This document shows, piece after piece, positions 37,052 through 45,999 of a DNA stretch of 64,000 nt. Position 1 is the first letter of the stretch. Every line of letters begins with the position of its first letter. Source of the DNA: a virus. The stretch is taken from positions 18,194-82,193 of the IMG/VR virus record IMGVR_UViG_3300046512_000168; one strand, written 5' to 3'. A program made the position numbers and the translations under genes. The notes beneath the pieces were generated by a model. It worked only from the letters and a program-made list of their open reading frames with translations, did not search any database and had not been told where the DNA came from.

Positions 37052-37956
37052 CTATTGAACTCGTAACCAAGCCCTGGGTGGGCGTCCTGGCGCAGCCGCA
37101 GCTCAATCTCGGCGTGATGGAGGCTTTCGCGGAAGAGCACGGCCTCGAAGAATTCGCCGGTGACTTCGGCGACCGCCCTGACACGCCGATCGGCCGCATC
37201 TTTCAGGCGCTCGAACGCGACGACGAAGCTTCGCACGCCGACCTCTTAACGGAATTCTCCGGCCGCTTCTGCTACCGCGCTTGGGACAAGGGCCGCTCAA
37301 CCGGCGAATACCTGAAGAACATCATCAGCGAGCGCCACGGAAGCGTACTTGCCCACTCGAACGTCTCCTTCATCATCACCGGCGTCTCGCGTTCCCTCAC
37401 CCACGAGCTGGTCCGCCACCACGTCGGTACCAACCCGTCGCAGGAAAGCCAGCGCTACGTCACGGCCGAGGGTGGCGAGATCGAGATCGTCGGCTTCAAG
37501 GCCAATCGCGCCGTGGTACCACCGCTGATCATGAAGATGGCGGAGAACCCAGAGCTGATGACGCCTCGCGGCGAGAGCGTTGTCCTCACAGACTTCCTGG
37601 CGCACTACGAGAACGCGCTGGACAGTTATCAGATTTGGCTTGACCGGCTGAAGGGCTCGATGTCTGCGCGCTTCGAAGACAACAAGACAATCGTCAAGAA
37701 GCGAGCCCAGGAAGCCGCCCGCTGCTTCCTTCCGAATGCGTCCGAGACGCGACTTGTGTGGACGATGAACCTGCGCGCCGCACGCAACGTCATCGAGCAG
37801 CGCGGCAATCCAGGGGCCGATCTCGAAATTCGGCGCCTGGCCGTCGCGTTCACCCCGGAATTGAAACGCGTTGCACCGGAGACGTTCTTCGATTGCGAAG
37901 TCTACACCGCCGCCGACGGCTTCGAGGCCGTGCGGGTGGAATACTCGAAGGTCTAA
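37048..37956 (+). CDS. thyX: FAD-dependent thymidylate synthase
   Basis: GRFCY, HGSVLAH, VSRSLTHELVRHH, SQESQRY, EAARCFLPN, EIRRLA. Confidence 0.92.
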   Translation: MTIELVTKPWVGVLAQPQLNLGVMEAFAEEHGLEEFAGDFGDRPDTPIGRIFQALERDDEASHADLLTEFSGRFCYRAWDKGRSTGEYLKNIISERHGSVLAHSNVSFIITGVSRSLTHELVRHHVGTNPSQESQRYVTAEGGEIEIVGFKANRAVVPPLIMKMAENPELMTPRGESVVLTDFLAHYENALDSYQIWLDRLKGSMSARFEDNKTIVKKRAQEAARCFLPNASETRLVWTMNLRAARNVIEQRGNPGADLEIRRLAVAFTPELKRVAPETFFDCEVYTAADGFEAVRVEYSKV

Positions 37957-37960
37957 GACG

Positions 37961-38239
37961 ATGCAGCTTGGCGACAACACGAATTTTACATCGTTCTATG
38001 ATACGGCACAGAATTTCGTGAAGTTGGCGCAGTGTGGCGACGTGATGACGGGCACAGTCCTCTATCACCAAGGCCACGCAGTCGCCCGCATCGTCGACGA
38101 TCGGCACATGCAGATCACGACGCGGAAGGACCTGCCGGCAGCAACGCATGGTCTGGCTGGCGTCGTCGGGCACGTCGCCAAGCGCAGCGGTATGCTTTTG
38201 ATAAACAAAGACTTAAAGGAGCAAGCGACGCACATCTAA
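37961..38239 (+). CDS. hypothetical protein
   Basis: Tight packing after thyX. Confidence 0.6.
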   Translation: MQLGDNTNFTSFYDTAQNFVKLAQCGDVMTGTVLYHQGHAVARIVDDRHMQITTRKDLPAATHGLAGVVGHVAKRSGMLLINKDLKEQATHI

Positions 38240-38270
38240 GACGCAAATTCTTGGTGCAACGCGTTGCAGG

Positions 38271-38315
38271 AAAACCTCGGCCGGGCCCATCCACCCCTGC
38301 CGGGGTTTTCTTTTT
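38271..38315 (+). terminator. Rho-independent terminator
   Basis: AAAACCTCGGC...GCCGGGGTTTT followed by CTTTTT. Confidence 0.7.
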
Positions 38316-38549
38316 GTGCACCGCACATTTTTTCTTAAAATCGCTGGAACCAAATTTATCGGCGTGCGTTTATAGCCCGTTATGCCTGCACTTGAGGGAC
38401 GCACTGATCCAAAATAGCTAGGTAAAACATAGTTGTAGACTCAACAGGTCTAAGTTATATTCACCGCGTCCACTTTTGCGCGTAGCATGCGAGTGGCAGG
38501 CATTCGGACAGTCCCATTGGGAGGGCTGCTCCCGGAAGAAGGGGTTTAA

Positions 38550-39011
38550 ATGCTAATGATCAAGTACCATCGTCAGCCCGCAAAGGGCGATGAGAATGAC
38601 TTGCAGACCATCCTGAAAGACCCGGAGACGAAGGACTACCAGGACCTGCGCGACCGCGCAGCCTATGTCTACATCACCGGCACATTTCCGACGCATCTCC
38701 GCTCGTACATGATGAGCCTGCTGCGCATAGGGACTGCGTACAGTTTGAAACCCGTTGCACTGGATGGCAGATCGGGTTCCATGGAGCTGACGCCTGAAGT
38801 GCGGAAGGCCCTCGACCTCGAAGATCACCCGATGGTTTCGCGCACGCGCGACTTCGTCAACGAAGGATACAAGATTTTCTTTCAGCGCGACGTAAACGAG
38901 CGCCGACCATACTCCAAGGTCCTGCTTTACAAGAAGGACGGCGGGGTCATGCACAAGCTCGTCGTCCAGGCCGACGGCTCCATACTCGAAGGCTGGCCAA
39001 CTCGTTCGTAA
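38550..39011 (+). CDS. hypothetical protein
   Basis: 153 aa ORF. Confidence 0.7.
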   Translation: MLMIKYHRQPAKGDENDLQTILKDPETKDYQDLRDRAAYVYITGTFPTHLRSYMMSLLRIGTAYSLKPVALDGRSGSMELTPEVRKALDLEDHPMVSRTRDFVNEGYKIFFQRDVNERRPYSKVLLYKKDGGVMHKLVVQADGSILEGWPTRS

Positions 39012-39017
39012 TATTAT

Positions 39018-39046
39018 TTGACAAACACTTACACTTGTGGCACTGT
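39018..39046 (+). promoter_or_regulatory. Early promoter P14
   Basis: TTGACAAACACTTACACTTGTGG. Confidence 0.75.
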
Positions 39047-39077
39047 ATAAGTATAACAAACCACAGGTGTCAGAACC

Positions 39078-39467
39078 ATGTCAAATTCGGTCGTAACGAC
39101 CAAGATAGGGGTGCGGACAGACGCACCCCATATTCCCGCACGCGGCTCGAAGGCGTATAAGCTACTCTCGCATCTTCTGAGGGGAGTCGAGATCGATGCC
39201 GGGTACGCTTACCTGGAGCTCAATCTTCCGACCTTACAGGCCAGAGCATCCGAATTGCGCAAACTCGGCTGGCCTGTGCGTGCACTCGAACGCCCCCATC
39301 CCAGGTTGATTAACGAAAAGACTGTGTACTATCTTCTCGATGCAACTTTTCGCCAATGGATTGCGGAAAATTCTGATAAGCATCCGAACGAGTACCCAGG
39401 GCTAGAGGGTCGAGGCAAGTACATTCCGCAGCGTGACGAAGGCACCGGAAATGGGGGTGGGCCTTGA
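39078..39467 (+). CDS. winged HTH protein
   Basis: AYLELNLPTLQARASELRKLGWPV. Confidence 0.65.
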   Translation: MSNSVVTTKIGVRTDAPHIPARGSKAYKLLSHLLRGVEIDAGYAYLELNLPTLQARASELRKLGWPVRALERPHPRLINEKTVYYLLDATFRQWIAENSDKHPNEYPGLEGRGKYIPQRDEGTGNGGGP

Positions 39468-40078
39468 TTGAGTGGATAGCAAGCATAGTACCAAATACAC
39501 CACAAACGAGATGGGCATTGGACGAGTTCATTACCTTGACTGCATTATTCGCCAGCGCCGCATTCGGTATATGGTACATTGTTCGAGCGATAGAGCGGCA
39601 CACGCGCCGCATCATGACCGCCAATATTGAAAATCCGAGCAGACCATTTACTGTATCATTTTCGCCCGATGCCCCCGGTCTGCAGGACGCTTACCGCGTC
39701 GACGCCTGGGTCCGTTGCACCCCGCTTGAGGCACTATTTTTCAACCCCTCCTCTAAGAGGTGGCAGGGTTACCGGCAGATCGCCGGTCTCGGCTCTGCCT
39801 TCGTCAACGGCGCCCTGGTCACATTCCGAGCAGTACCGACCGGCGTGTCGGAAGACTTCCTGGCCGAACTGACCGAGGCCGCCGAGGATGGCTTAATCCC
39901 TCCCGATCTCCTCTCTCGCCTGGCAGACATGGACCCTAATGAGGTCTTCTCTCTTGTCGAGGCGATGGGCCTTGTCCGACAATTCAACACTGCACTTGAG
40001 GCGGCTGCCCAGCCAGAGACTCCGGAGCCGATACTGTCGGCCTTCCGCATCCAGCGTCGCGCCATCGATCTCGACTGA
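39464..40078 (+). CDS. membrane-anchored protein, C-terminal RRAIDLD tag
   Basis: One TM helix; ends PETPEPILSAFRIQRRAIDLD. Confidence 0.7.
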   Translation: MIEWIASIVPNTPQTRWALDEFITLTALFASAAFGIWYIVRAIERHTRRIMTANIENPSRPFTVSFSPDAPGLQDAYRVDAWVRCTPLEALFFNPSSKRWQGYRQIAGLGSAFVNGALVTFRAVPTGVSEDFLAELTEAAEDGLIPPDLLSRLADMDPNEVFSLVEAMGLVRQFNTALEAAAQPETPEPILSAFRIQRRAIDLD

Positions 40079-40193
40079 GAAAATTGCAACGCGTTGCAAA
40101 CTGTAGCCGCGTAAACGCTACAGACACTTGTGGGTTTCAGCTTCGCGGAGTATGGTGCGCCAGTTTTCAGCATCAAAGTAGCGAGGCCCGATC

Positions 40194-41969
40194 GTGGCAG
40201 ATGAGCCGAACATCCGCAAACGGACCCGAACCGAAACGCGCCGCGTGCCTCCGTCTAGGGACGTAAAGGGCAGCGTCGAAGTCCGGATGAAGGAATTCGT
40301 CAATACCCAGTCGCTCGCAGACCCGTTTGACGGCTATTATTCGACCGGCGTTGGGCATGCAAACGACGTGCTGCAGCCGCCGTATAATCCGTACTCACTG
40401 GCCCGCCTCCCCTACGAGAATTCCGCCCTGCTCGGCTGCATCGACGCTATGGTGCGCAATTGCCACGGCCACGGCTGGCAGCTCGAATATATCGGGCCCG
40501 ACGGCCAGGAAAAAAGCTCCGGCGCAGAGGCCGAGAAGAAAATTCTCGAAAAGCTGCTGAAGTTCCCGAACGACCAGTATTCCCTGCAGGAGCTGGCCGA
40601 GCGTGCCCGCTTCGACAAGGAAAGCATGGGCTATTTCTGCATCGAGGCACCGCGCGATCGCAAGGGACGCGTAACGTCGCTCTTCCACATCCCGGCGCAG
40701 ACCATGCGCATCACCACCCGTGACGTCGAAGAGACAGAAGTCGAGGTCAAGCTTCCGCGTGACGGGGCCGACACTTCTAAGATCAAGCGCCGCTTCCGCC
40801 GTTTTGTGCAGATCGTCAACGAGAAGAAGGTCTACTTCAAGGAATTTGGCGACCCGCGCCGGATCGACCCGGCAACCGGTAAGGTCAATGACGCGCTAAG
40901 CATCGATCAGCAGGCGACCGAGATCATCTATTCCGGCGTCTATTTCCCGACGTCCCCCTACGGCGTGCCGCGCTGGATAAACCAGCTCCCGTCGATCATG
41001 GGCGCACGCCAGGCCGAGCTGACGAACTACGACTTCTTCAAGGACAACGCGATCCCGGCCTTGGCCGTGCTTGTCTCGGGCGGCGTGCTGACGCAGCAGT
41101 CGATGGAAATGATCGAGGATCAGTTGACCTCTATCAAGGGCCGGCAGGCCACGCACCGTATGGTCATCCTCGAAGCGCGCGGCGACGAAGACCTCGCATC
41201 CCAGGACGGCCAGGTGCCAATCCCGCGCATCGAGCTCAAGCCGCTTCGCGATGCCCAGCAGAAAGACGCTTTGTTCGCCGAGTACGAAGTTGCCTCCGAG
41301 CAAAAGGTTCGTTCTGCTTTCCGGCTACCGCCGCTCTTCGTCGGCCGCTCCCAGGACATCACCTTCGCGTCCGCGCAGACCTCCTATGAGGTTGCCGAGG
41401 GCCAGGTGTTCGGTCCCGAGCGCAGGCAGTTCGACAGCATGATGGACCTGCACGTCCTCGGCTCCTATGACGCCAAGTTCTGGGCATTCCGCTCGCAGCA
41501 GGCGAAGATCACCGACCCGTCGGCTGTCGTCAACGCGATGACGGCGTTCAACGATCTTGGCGCGATGACCCCGAATATCGCTATCGCCCTCGCCAACGAG
41601 TATTTCGATCTTGAGCTGGAGAAGATCAAGGAAGACTGGGGCAACTGGCCGTTCGAGATCGTCAAGAACCTCGCCAGCGCCGGCAAGCTCGAAGGCTCTC
41701 AGGTTATCGAACGGAAGATCACGGTCAACGCAGACGGCTCGAAGACGGATGCCAACGGCAATCTTATCGAGGCTGCCCCGCAGCCGAAGGGCGGTTTCGC
41801 GCAGGACAATGGCAAGACGCCGGCAAACGACGACACCCCGAAAGACAAGGCTCCGCCCAAGGCCAAAAAAGTCGCCGATGAGGCAACTCTTGTTGCCGTC
41901 AGCGTCGCCATGAGGGACCTGCACGACATCTTGCGGACCAATGCCGATGCTCAGCCTGCTACCGCTTGA
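40194..41969 (+). CDS. portal protein (PBSX-like)
   Basis: HIPAQTMR, YFKEFGD, YGVPRW, FFKDNAIP, AFRLPPLFVG; first gene of the head module. Confidence 0.9.
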   Translation: MADEPNIRKRTRTETRRVPPSRDVKGSVEVRMKEFVNTQSLADPFDGYYSTGVGHANDVLQPPYNPYSLARLPYENSALLGCIDAMVRNCHGHGWQLEYIGPDGQEKSSGAEAEKKILEKLLKFPNDQYSLQELAERARFDKESMGYFCIEAPRDRKGRVTSLFHIPAQTMRITTRDVEETEVEVKLPRDGADTSKIKRRFRRFVQIVNEKKVYFKEFGDPRRIDPATGKVNDALSIDQQATEIIYSGVYFPTSPYGVPRWINQLPSIMGARQAELTNYDFFKDNAIPALAVLVSGGVLTQQSMEMIEDQLTSIKGRQATHRMVILEARGDEDLASQDGQVPIPRIELKPLRDAQQKDALFAEYEVASEQKVRSAFRLPPLFVGRSQDITFASAQTSYEVAEGQVFGPERRQFDSMMDLHVLGSYDAKFWAFRSQQAKITDPSAVVNAMTAFNDLGAMTPNIAIALANEYFDLELEKIKEDWGNWPFEIVKNLASAGKLEGSQVIERKITVNADGSKTDANGNLIEAAPQPKGGFAQDNGKTPANDDTPKDKAPPKAKKVADEATLVAVSVAMRDLHDILRTNADAQPATA

Positions 41970-42930
41970 GGCGCCGGAAAATTGCAACTGTTGCAGCGAC
42001 CCGCTTCTCCTGCGGTGGCACGGCATTGCCCGGACGATGGATTTTCCTGTCACGCTGCAGGTGATGCGCGACGACGGCATATACGACGAGGATGGCGAAG
42101 ACGCCTTTCTCGACGATGAGCTGTCCATCGCCGCCGCGCTGTCGGCCGCCTGGTCTACCGCCGTCGCCAAAGTAAGGCCGCTCTTTACGCGCGTCTTCGA
42201 TGTTGCCTTCTCGACCGGCAATCTGCAGGCTGCAGTCGACGAGGCCGCTCCGATCATGAACAACCTCTACGCGGGCGCTGCTCCGGAGGTGGAGAAGGCC
42301 ATCCGCAATACGCTGGTCACAGGCGTCAATGCGCTAGGCTCCGGCCATAACGCGCCAGGCGGTGGTGGCGGTGGTGGCGACATCCCAATTATCGACACGC
42401 CGTCGGCACGCCAGTTCGAGGCCGCCATTCGTGCGGCAACCCGCTACTCGACGAACAACTTCTTCAACACGCAGATCGTGCCAGGCATCATGCGGTCGAT
42501 CGACACGGCGTTCCATTCTCTGGACGCGCCGAGCCTTCCTGACCTACAGGCAGAGATCGCCCGCCATTTCCGCACGGTGCCCTACTGGCACCTGATCGCC
42601 AACGTCGCAGCCTCGCGCGGCTACCATTACGGTTACCTGCGCACGATGCAGGCCCGTGGCATTCTCGGCTATCGCTTCGTAGCCGTCATTGACGGGCGCA
42701 CATCCGCCATCTGCCGGTCGATGAACGGGCGCGAATTCCTGGTAGCTGACGCGATCAACCTTCTCGACGGCCTCGCCAACGACCCGGACCCAATGGCCAG
42801 CAAGACGCGCACGCCCTGGGTTTCAGCCGAGACTGTCGAAGGCAAGTCCAGCCAGGAGCTGGCGAACATGGGGGTGATGATCCCTCCCCTGCACCCGCGC
42901 TGCCGATCAACCATCTACCCGATCTATTGA
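41941..42930 (+). CDS. head morphogenesis protein (SPP1 gp7 / Mu F-like)
   Basis: FVAVIDGRTSAICRSMNG...PPLHPRCRSTI; start may be ATG 42037. Confidence 0.85.
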   Translation: MPMLSLLPLEAPENCNCCSDPLLLRWHGIARTMDFPVTLQVMRDDGIYDEDGEDAFLDDELSIAAALSAAWSTAVAKVRPLFTRVFDVAFSTGNLQAAVDEAAPIMNNLYAGAAPEVEKAIRNTLVTGVNALGSGHNAPGGGGGGGDIPIIDTPSARQFEAAIRAATRYSTNNFFNTQIVPGIMRSIDTAFHSLDAPSLPDLQAEIARHFRTVPYWHLIANVAASRGYHYGYLRTMQARGILGYRFVAVIDGRTSAICRSMNGREFLVADAINLLDGLANDPDPMASKTRTPWVSAETVEGKSSQELANMGVMIPPLHPRCRSTIYPIY

Positions 42931-42937
42931 GGACACC

Positions 42938-43444
42938 ATGACAGAGAAATTCGTCTGCGGTCGCTACGAGCAGGAAGTTCGTGGCGGACCCTGGAACTTC
43001 CCCGAGCCGACGCTGCGCGCGGACGGGACATGCTCGCATTGCGGCTCGTTATCCGAGGAGAAGTTCTTCGAGTGCGCCGACGCCGGCATGAAGATCACCC
43101 CGACCGACAAGAGCTACAAGGCCTATGTCGACGTGCCGGACCCCGACGAAGGCAAGCCGCGCGTCATCTCGACCACTAATTTCGAGCGGGAGGGCTACAC
43201 CCTCGTCACCCCGGAAAACGTCGATAGCCTGCCGCTCGATGACTATGGTCGCCAGCACTACGTCAACGGGCGGACGTGGGTGCAGTTCGCACCGCGCGGG
43301 GCGACGAAGTTCGGGAAGTTCTACTTCCAGCACCTGTCCGAGGCCGGCCGCGACAAGTTCATCGAATATGCCAACGAAAAGAAGTTCAACCTGGCGGAGC
43401 CCGGCTATTTCTACGCCCGCCCTTATTTCACGAGGCCAGCATGA
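42938..43444 (+). CDS. hypothetical protein (CxxC)
   Basis: TCSHCGSL...PTDKSYKAY...KFYFQHLS. Confidence 0.7.
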   Translation: MTEKFVCGRYEQEVRGGPWNFPEPTLRADGTCSHCGSLSEEKFFECADAGMKITPTDKSYKAYVDVPDPDEGKPRVISTTNFEREGYTLVTPENVDSLPLDDYGRQHYVNGRTWVQFAPRGATKFGKFYFQHLSEAGRDKFIEYANEKKFNLAEPGYFYARPYFTRPA

Positions 43445-43761
43445 CCAAGACGCCCATCCTGATGTCCGCAGAAAATCCGACAGGCTGGAAGCTCGAAGAC
43501 CTTCTGTCGCAGCTCCGCGACGAAGTCCTGGCGAAGACGAGCAAGATCAAGGATGACGATCGTCCCGTCGCCCAGCGCGTCACCCAGAACAATCGCACCA
43601 TCCTGCAGTACCTGACGGCGGCAGAGACCCTGCAGCGAGACAGCCTTGCCGCGCTTGCAACAGTTGCACCGGACCCCGGCCCGCTCTTCAAGCCCCGCAT
43701 CGGCGTTGGCTCGGATGGTTTCGACGTGGCAAGCGAACAGCCTGACCCTCTCGGACGATAA
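43441..43761 (+). CDS. hypothetical protein
   Basis: LMSAENPTGWKLEDLL. Confidence 0.7.
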   Translation: MTKTPILMSAENPTGWKLEDLLSQLRDEVLAKTSKIKDDDRPVAQRVTQNNRTILQYLTAAETLQRDSLAALATVAPDPGPLFKPRIGVGSDGFDVASEQPDPLGR

Positions 43762-43844
43762 ACCCCTTGCAAGCTAGGTAAATATCGCCTAGACATGTTG
43801 GTGACGAGTCCGGCAATGCCCCGCCCAGATTGGTCACCTCCCTA

Positions 43845-43885
43845 GACGCCCTCGACGCTGCCCTCGTCGGGGGCGTTTTCATTTT
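43845..43885 (+). terminator. Rho-independent terminator
   Basis: GACGCCCTCGACG...CGTCGGGGGCGTT-TTCATTTT. Confidence 0.7.
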
Positions 43886-43963
43886 AGATTTTGCAACGCG
43901 TTGCAATTTCCTCGCTGGACGCCGATTGACGCAGGCTACATTTCTAGCGTATTTAATCCAGCC

Positions 43964-44545
43964 ATGAGCAAGACGCCGAAGACATCGCTGACGAAGATCG
44001 TACGGTCGGATGACGACCGGCAGATCATCTATGGCGAAGTCTACGCTCCCAACCGGCTCGACACCTACGGCGAGATGATGGTCGCCGAAGACATCGAGCT
44101 GATGGCTCACCGCTTCATGCGGCTGGACCTGACGAAGTCCATCGACGTGAAGCACGACAACAAGCCGATCGAGGCTTACCCGGTCGAAAGTTTCATCGCT
44201 CGCGAGGGCGATCCGGATTACACCGCTGGCGCCTGGGTCATGGGCGTGAAGGTCGAAGACGCCGAGGTCTGGTCTGACATCAAGGCCGGCAACCTAAATG
44301 GCTTCTCCTTTCAGGCCATGGTCACCCCCGTCCAGCGCACGGTCGAGATCGAGGTCGTTCGCGACCAGGTCGGCAAGACCGAGCAGAATGACGATCACGA
44401 GCACTACTATTTTGTGCAGCTCGACGAGAACGGCAAAGTGGTCAAAGGCAGAACCTCCAAGGCTGCTGACGGTCACTGGCATGAAATCAAGCGCGGCAGT
44501 GTGACCGAGAAGACGGACAGTCACAATCACCGCTTTTTTGTTTGA
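43964..44545 (+). CDS. XkdF-like prohead serine protease
   Basis: IIYGEVYAP...DTYGE...IDVKHD...VESFI...GAWVMG...NGFSF; C-terminal HxH motifs. Confidence 0.8.
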   Translation: MSKTPKTSLTKIVRSDDDRQIIYGEVYAPNRLDTYGEMMVAEDIELMAHRFMRLDLTKSIDVKHDNKPIEAYPVESFIAREGDPDYTAGAWVMGVKVEDAEVWSDIKAGNLNGFSFQAMVTPVQRTVEIEVVRDQVGKTEQNDDHEHYYFVQLDENGKVVKGRTSKAADGHWHEIKRGSVTEKTDSHNHRFFV

Positions 44546-44556
44546 GGACTGCACAT

Positions 44557-45939
44557 ATGAAGCGCGAAGCATCGAAGATCGTCAAAAAGGTCACCCTGCT
44601 CACCGACCCTGAACCGCAGTTCAATTCCATCGTGAGGGCGGGCGCAAACGGCACGCCTCTCCGTGTCATCAAATCCGATGAACTCACTCAGGAGGCCGAG
44701 ATGCCCAAGAACCTCAAGAACGGCACTGCCGATATTGCCAAGCTCACCTTCAAGGGTGACAACTTCAAGACCGAAGAGCAGGTCCAGGCCTGGCTCGATG
44801 CCGGCAAGTATGTCGAGACCACGATCAAGGCCGAGGATGACGGCTCCTTCACGGTCGAAGGCAATACCGAACTCGCCAATGTCCAGGAGATCGAAGTCGA
44901 AGACGGCGTCACCTCCTTCGTCGGCGAACTCGCCGAAAAGGCCAGCGAAACAAACGACACGCCGAACGCCGACGTGGTCGCGATCGAGGGTAAGAAGACG
45001 GAAGCACCGACGACTGGCGCACAGAAGAGCGACGAAGAGCTGCGCGTCAAGGCCGAGGAAAAGGTCCGCACCGAAGCCGGCCTGTCCGAAGCTGACTGGG
45101 CCTCGCTGAACCAGTCCACGCGCGACAAGTTCACCGCCCCTGTCCTCGCCACCATGAAGGCTGAAGCCGGTACGCCGGAATTGCAACCCGTTGCAACGGA
45201 TGCCACGGTCGAGGCTCCCGTGGTCACGGGCGAAGAGCCGGTCAAGCCGTCCGACGAAGTGCCGGAGCTGCTTGCCAAGTCCGAAGACGGCATCGTTTCC
45301 GTCCTCACCAAGAAGGACTGCTACGACATCACCGAGATGGCTTCGATCATCCGCTCGCTGGCATGGCTGAAGGACAGCCTGGCTTACGACGCCTTCCAGG
45401 GCGGCGGCCTGTCTGCGGATGCGATTGCTTCCATGAAGACAGCGATCCAGACCCTCGGAAATATCCTCATTCAGATGGCATCCAACCACGTCGAGCTCGC
45501 CGTTAAGTCGGACGAAGCTCCGGTTGTCGATGCCACTGTCCCTGCTGCTGGGGAAACCCAGGAGAACGAAGTCAAGGCAGCTACAGCAGCCGAGACTAAG
45601 ACCACTGCCAAGGAAGCGAGCAATTCGGACACGGTCGCTGACCCCGTTCTCGCCGCCCTCACTGCCCTGACTGCGAAGTTGGACGGCATGGAGACGGCGC
45701 TGAAGGATGCCAACGAACGTGCAGAGCAGAGCGCAAAGAAGGCAGACACGCTGGCACAACGTCTGGAAAAGGTTGAAAGCACCTCCCAGACGCGCAAAAG
45801 CGCAGATGTCGAAGACATGCCACGCGTCACCTCCATCCACAGCGATAGCGGTAGGACACCCGCACAGAAGTCGGCGACGGAAATCTCCGCTGAAGTGCGC
45901 CACCGCAACTCGCTCGAAGCGATGGGTATTCGCACCTAG
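44557..45939 (+). CDS. capsid scaffolding protein
   Basis: Acidic, low complexity, C-terminal coiled coil; between protease and capsid. Confidence 0.7.
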   Translation: MKREASKIVKKVTLLTDPEPQFNSIVRAGANGTPLRVIKSDELTQEAEMPKNLKNGTADIAKLTFKGDNFKTEEQVQAWLDAGKYVETTIKAEDDGSFTVEGNTELANVQEIEVEDGVTSFVGELAEKASETNDTPNADVVAIEGKKTEAPTTGAQKSDEELRVKAEEKVRTEAGLSEADWASLNQSTRDKFTAPVLATMKAEAGTPELQPVATDATVEAPVVTGEEPVKPSDEVPELLAKSEDGIVSVLTKKDCYDITEMASIIRSLAWLKDSLAYDAFQGGGLSADAIASMKTAIQTLGNILIQMASNHVELAVKSDEAPVVDATVPAAGETQENEVKAATAAETKTTAKEASNSDTVADPVLAALTALTAKLDGMETALKDANERAEQSAKKADTLAQRLEKVESTSQTRKSADVEDMPRVTSIHSDSGRTPAQKSATEISAEVRHRNSLEAMGIRT

Positions 45940-45999
45940 TCGTAAAACGCAGCGCTAGTAGCTCCACAATTGACAACGTTCCATGGAAGGACTGAAAAC

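Noticed and set aside
19727-37956. dut, thyX and phoH as novel auxiliary genes
   Set aside because: All are common in larger phages; no base-modification cluster was visible.
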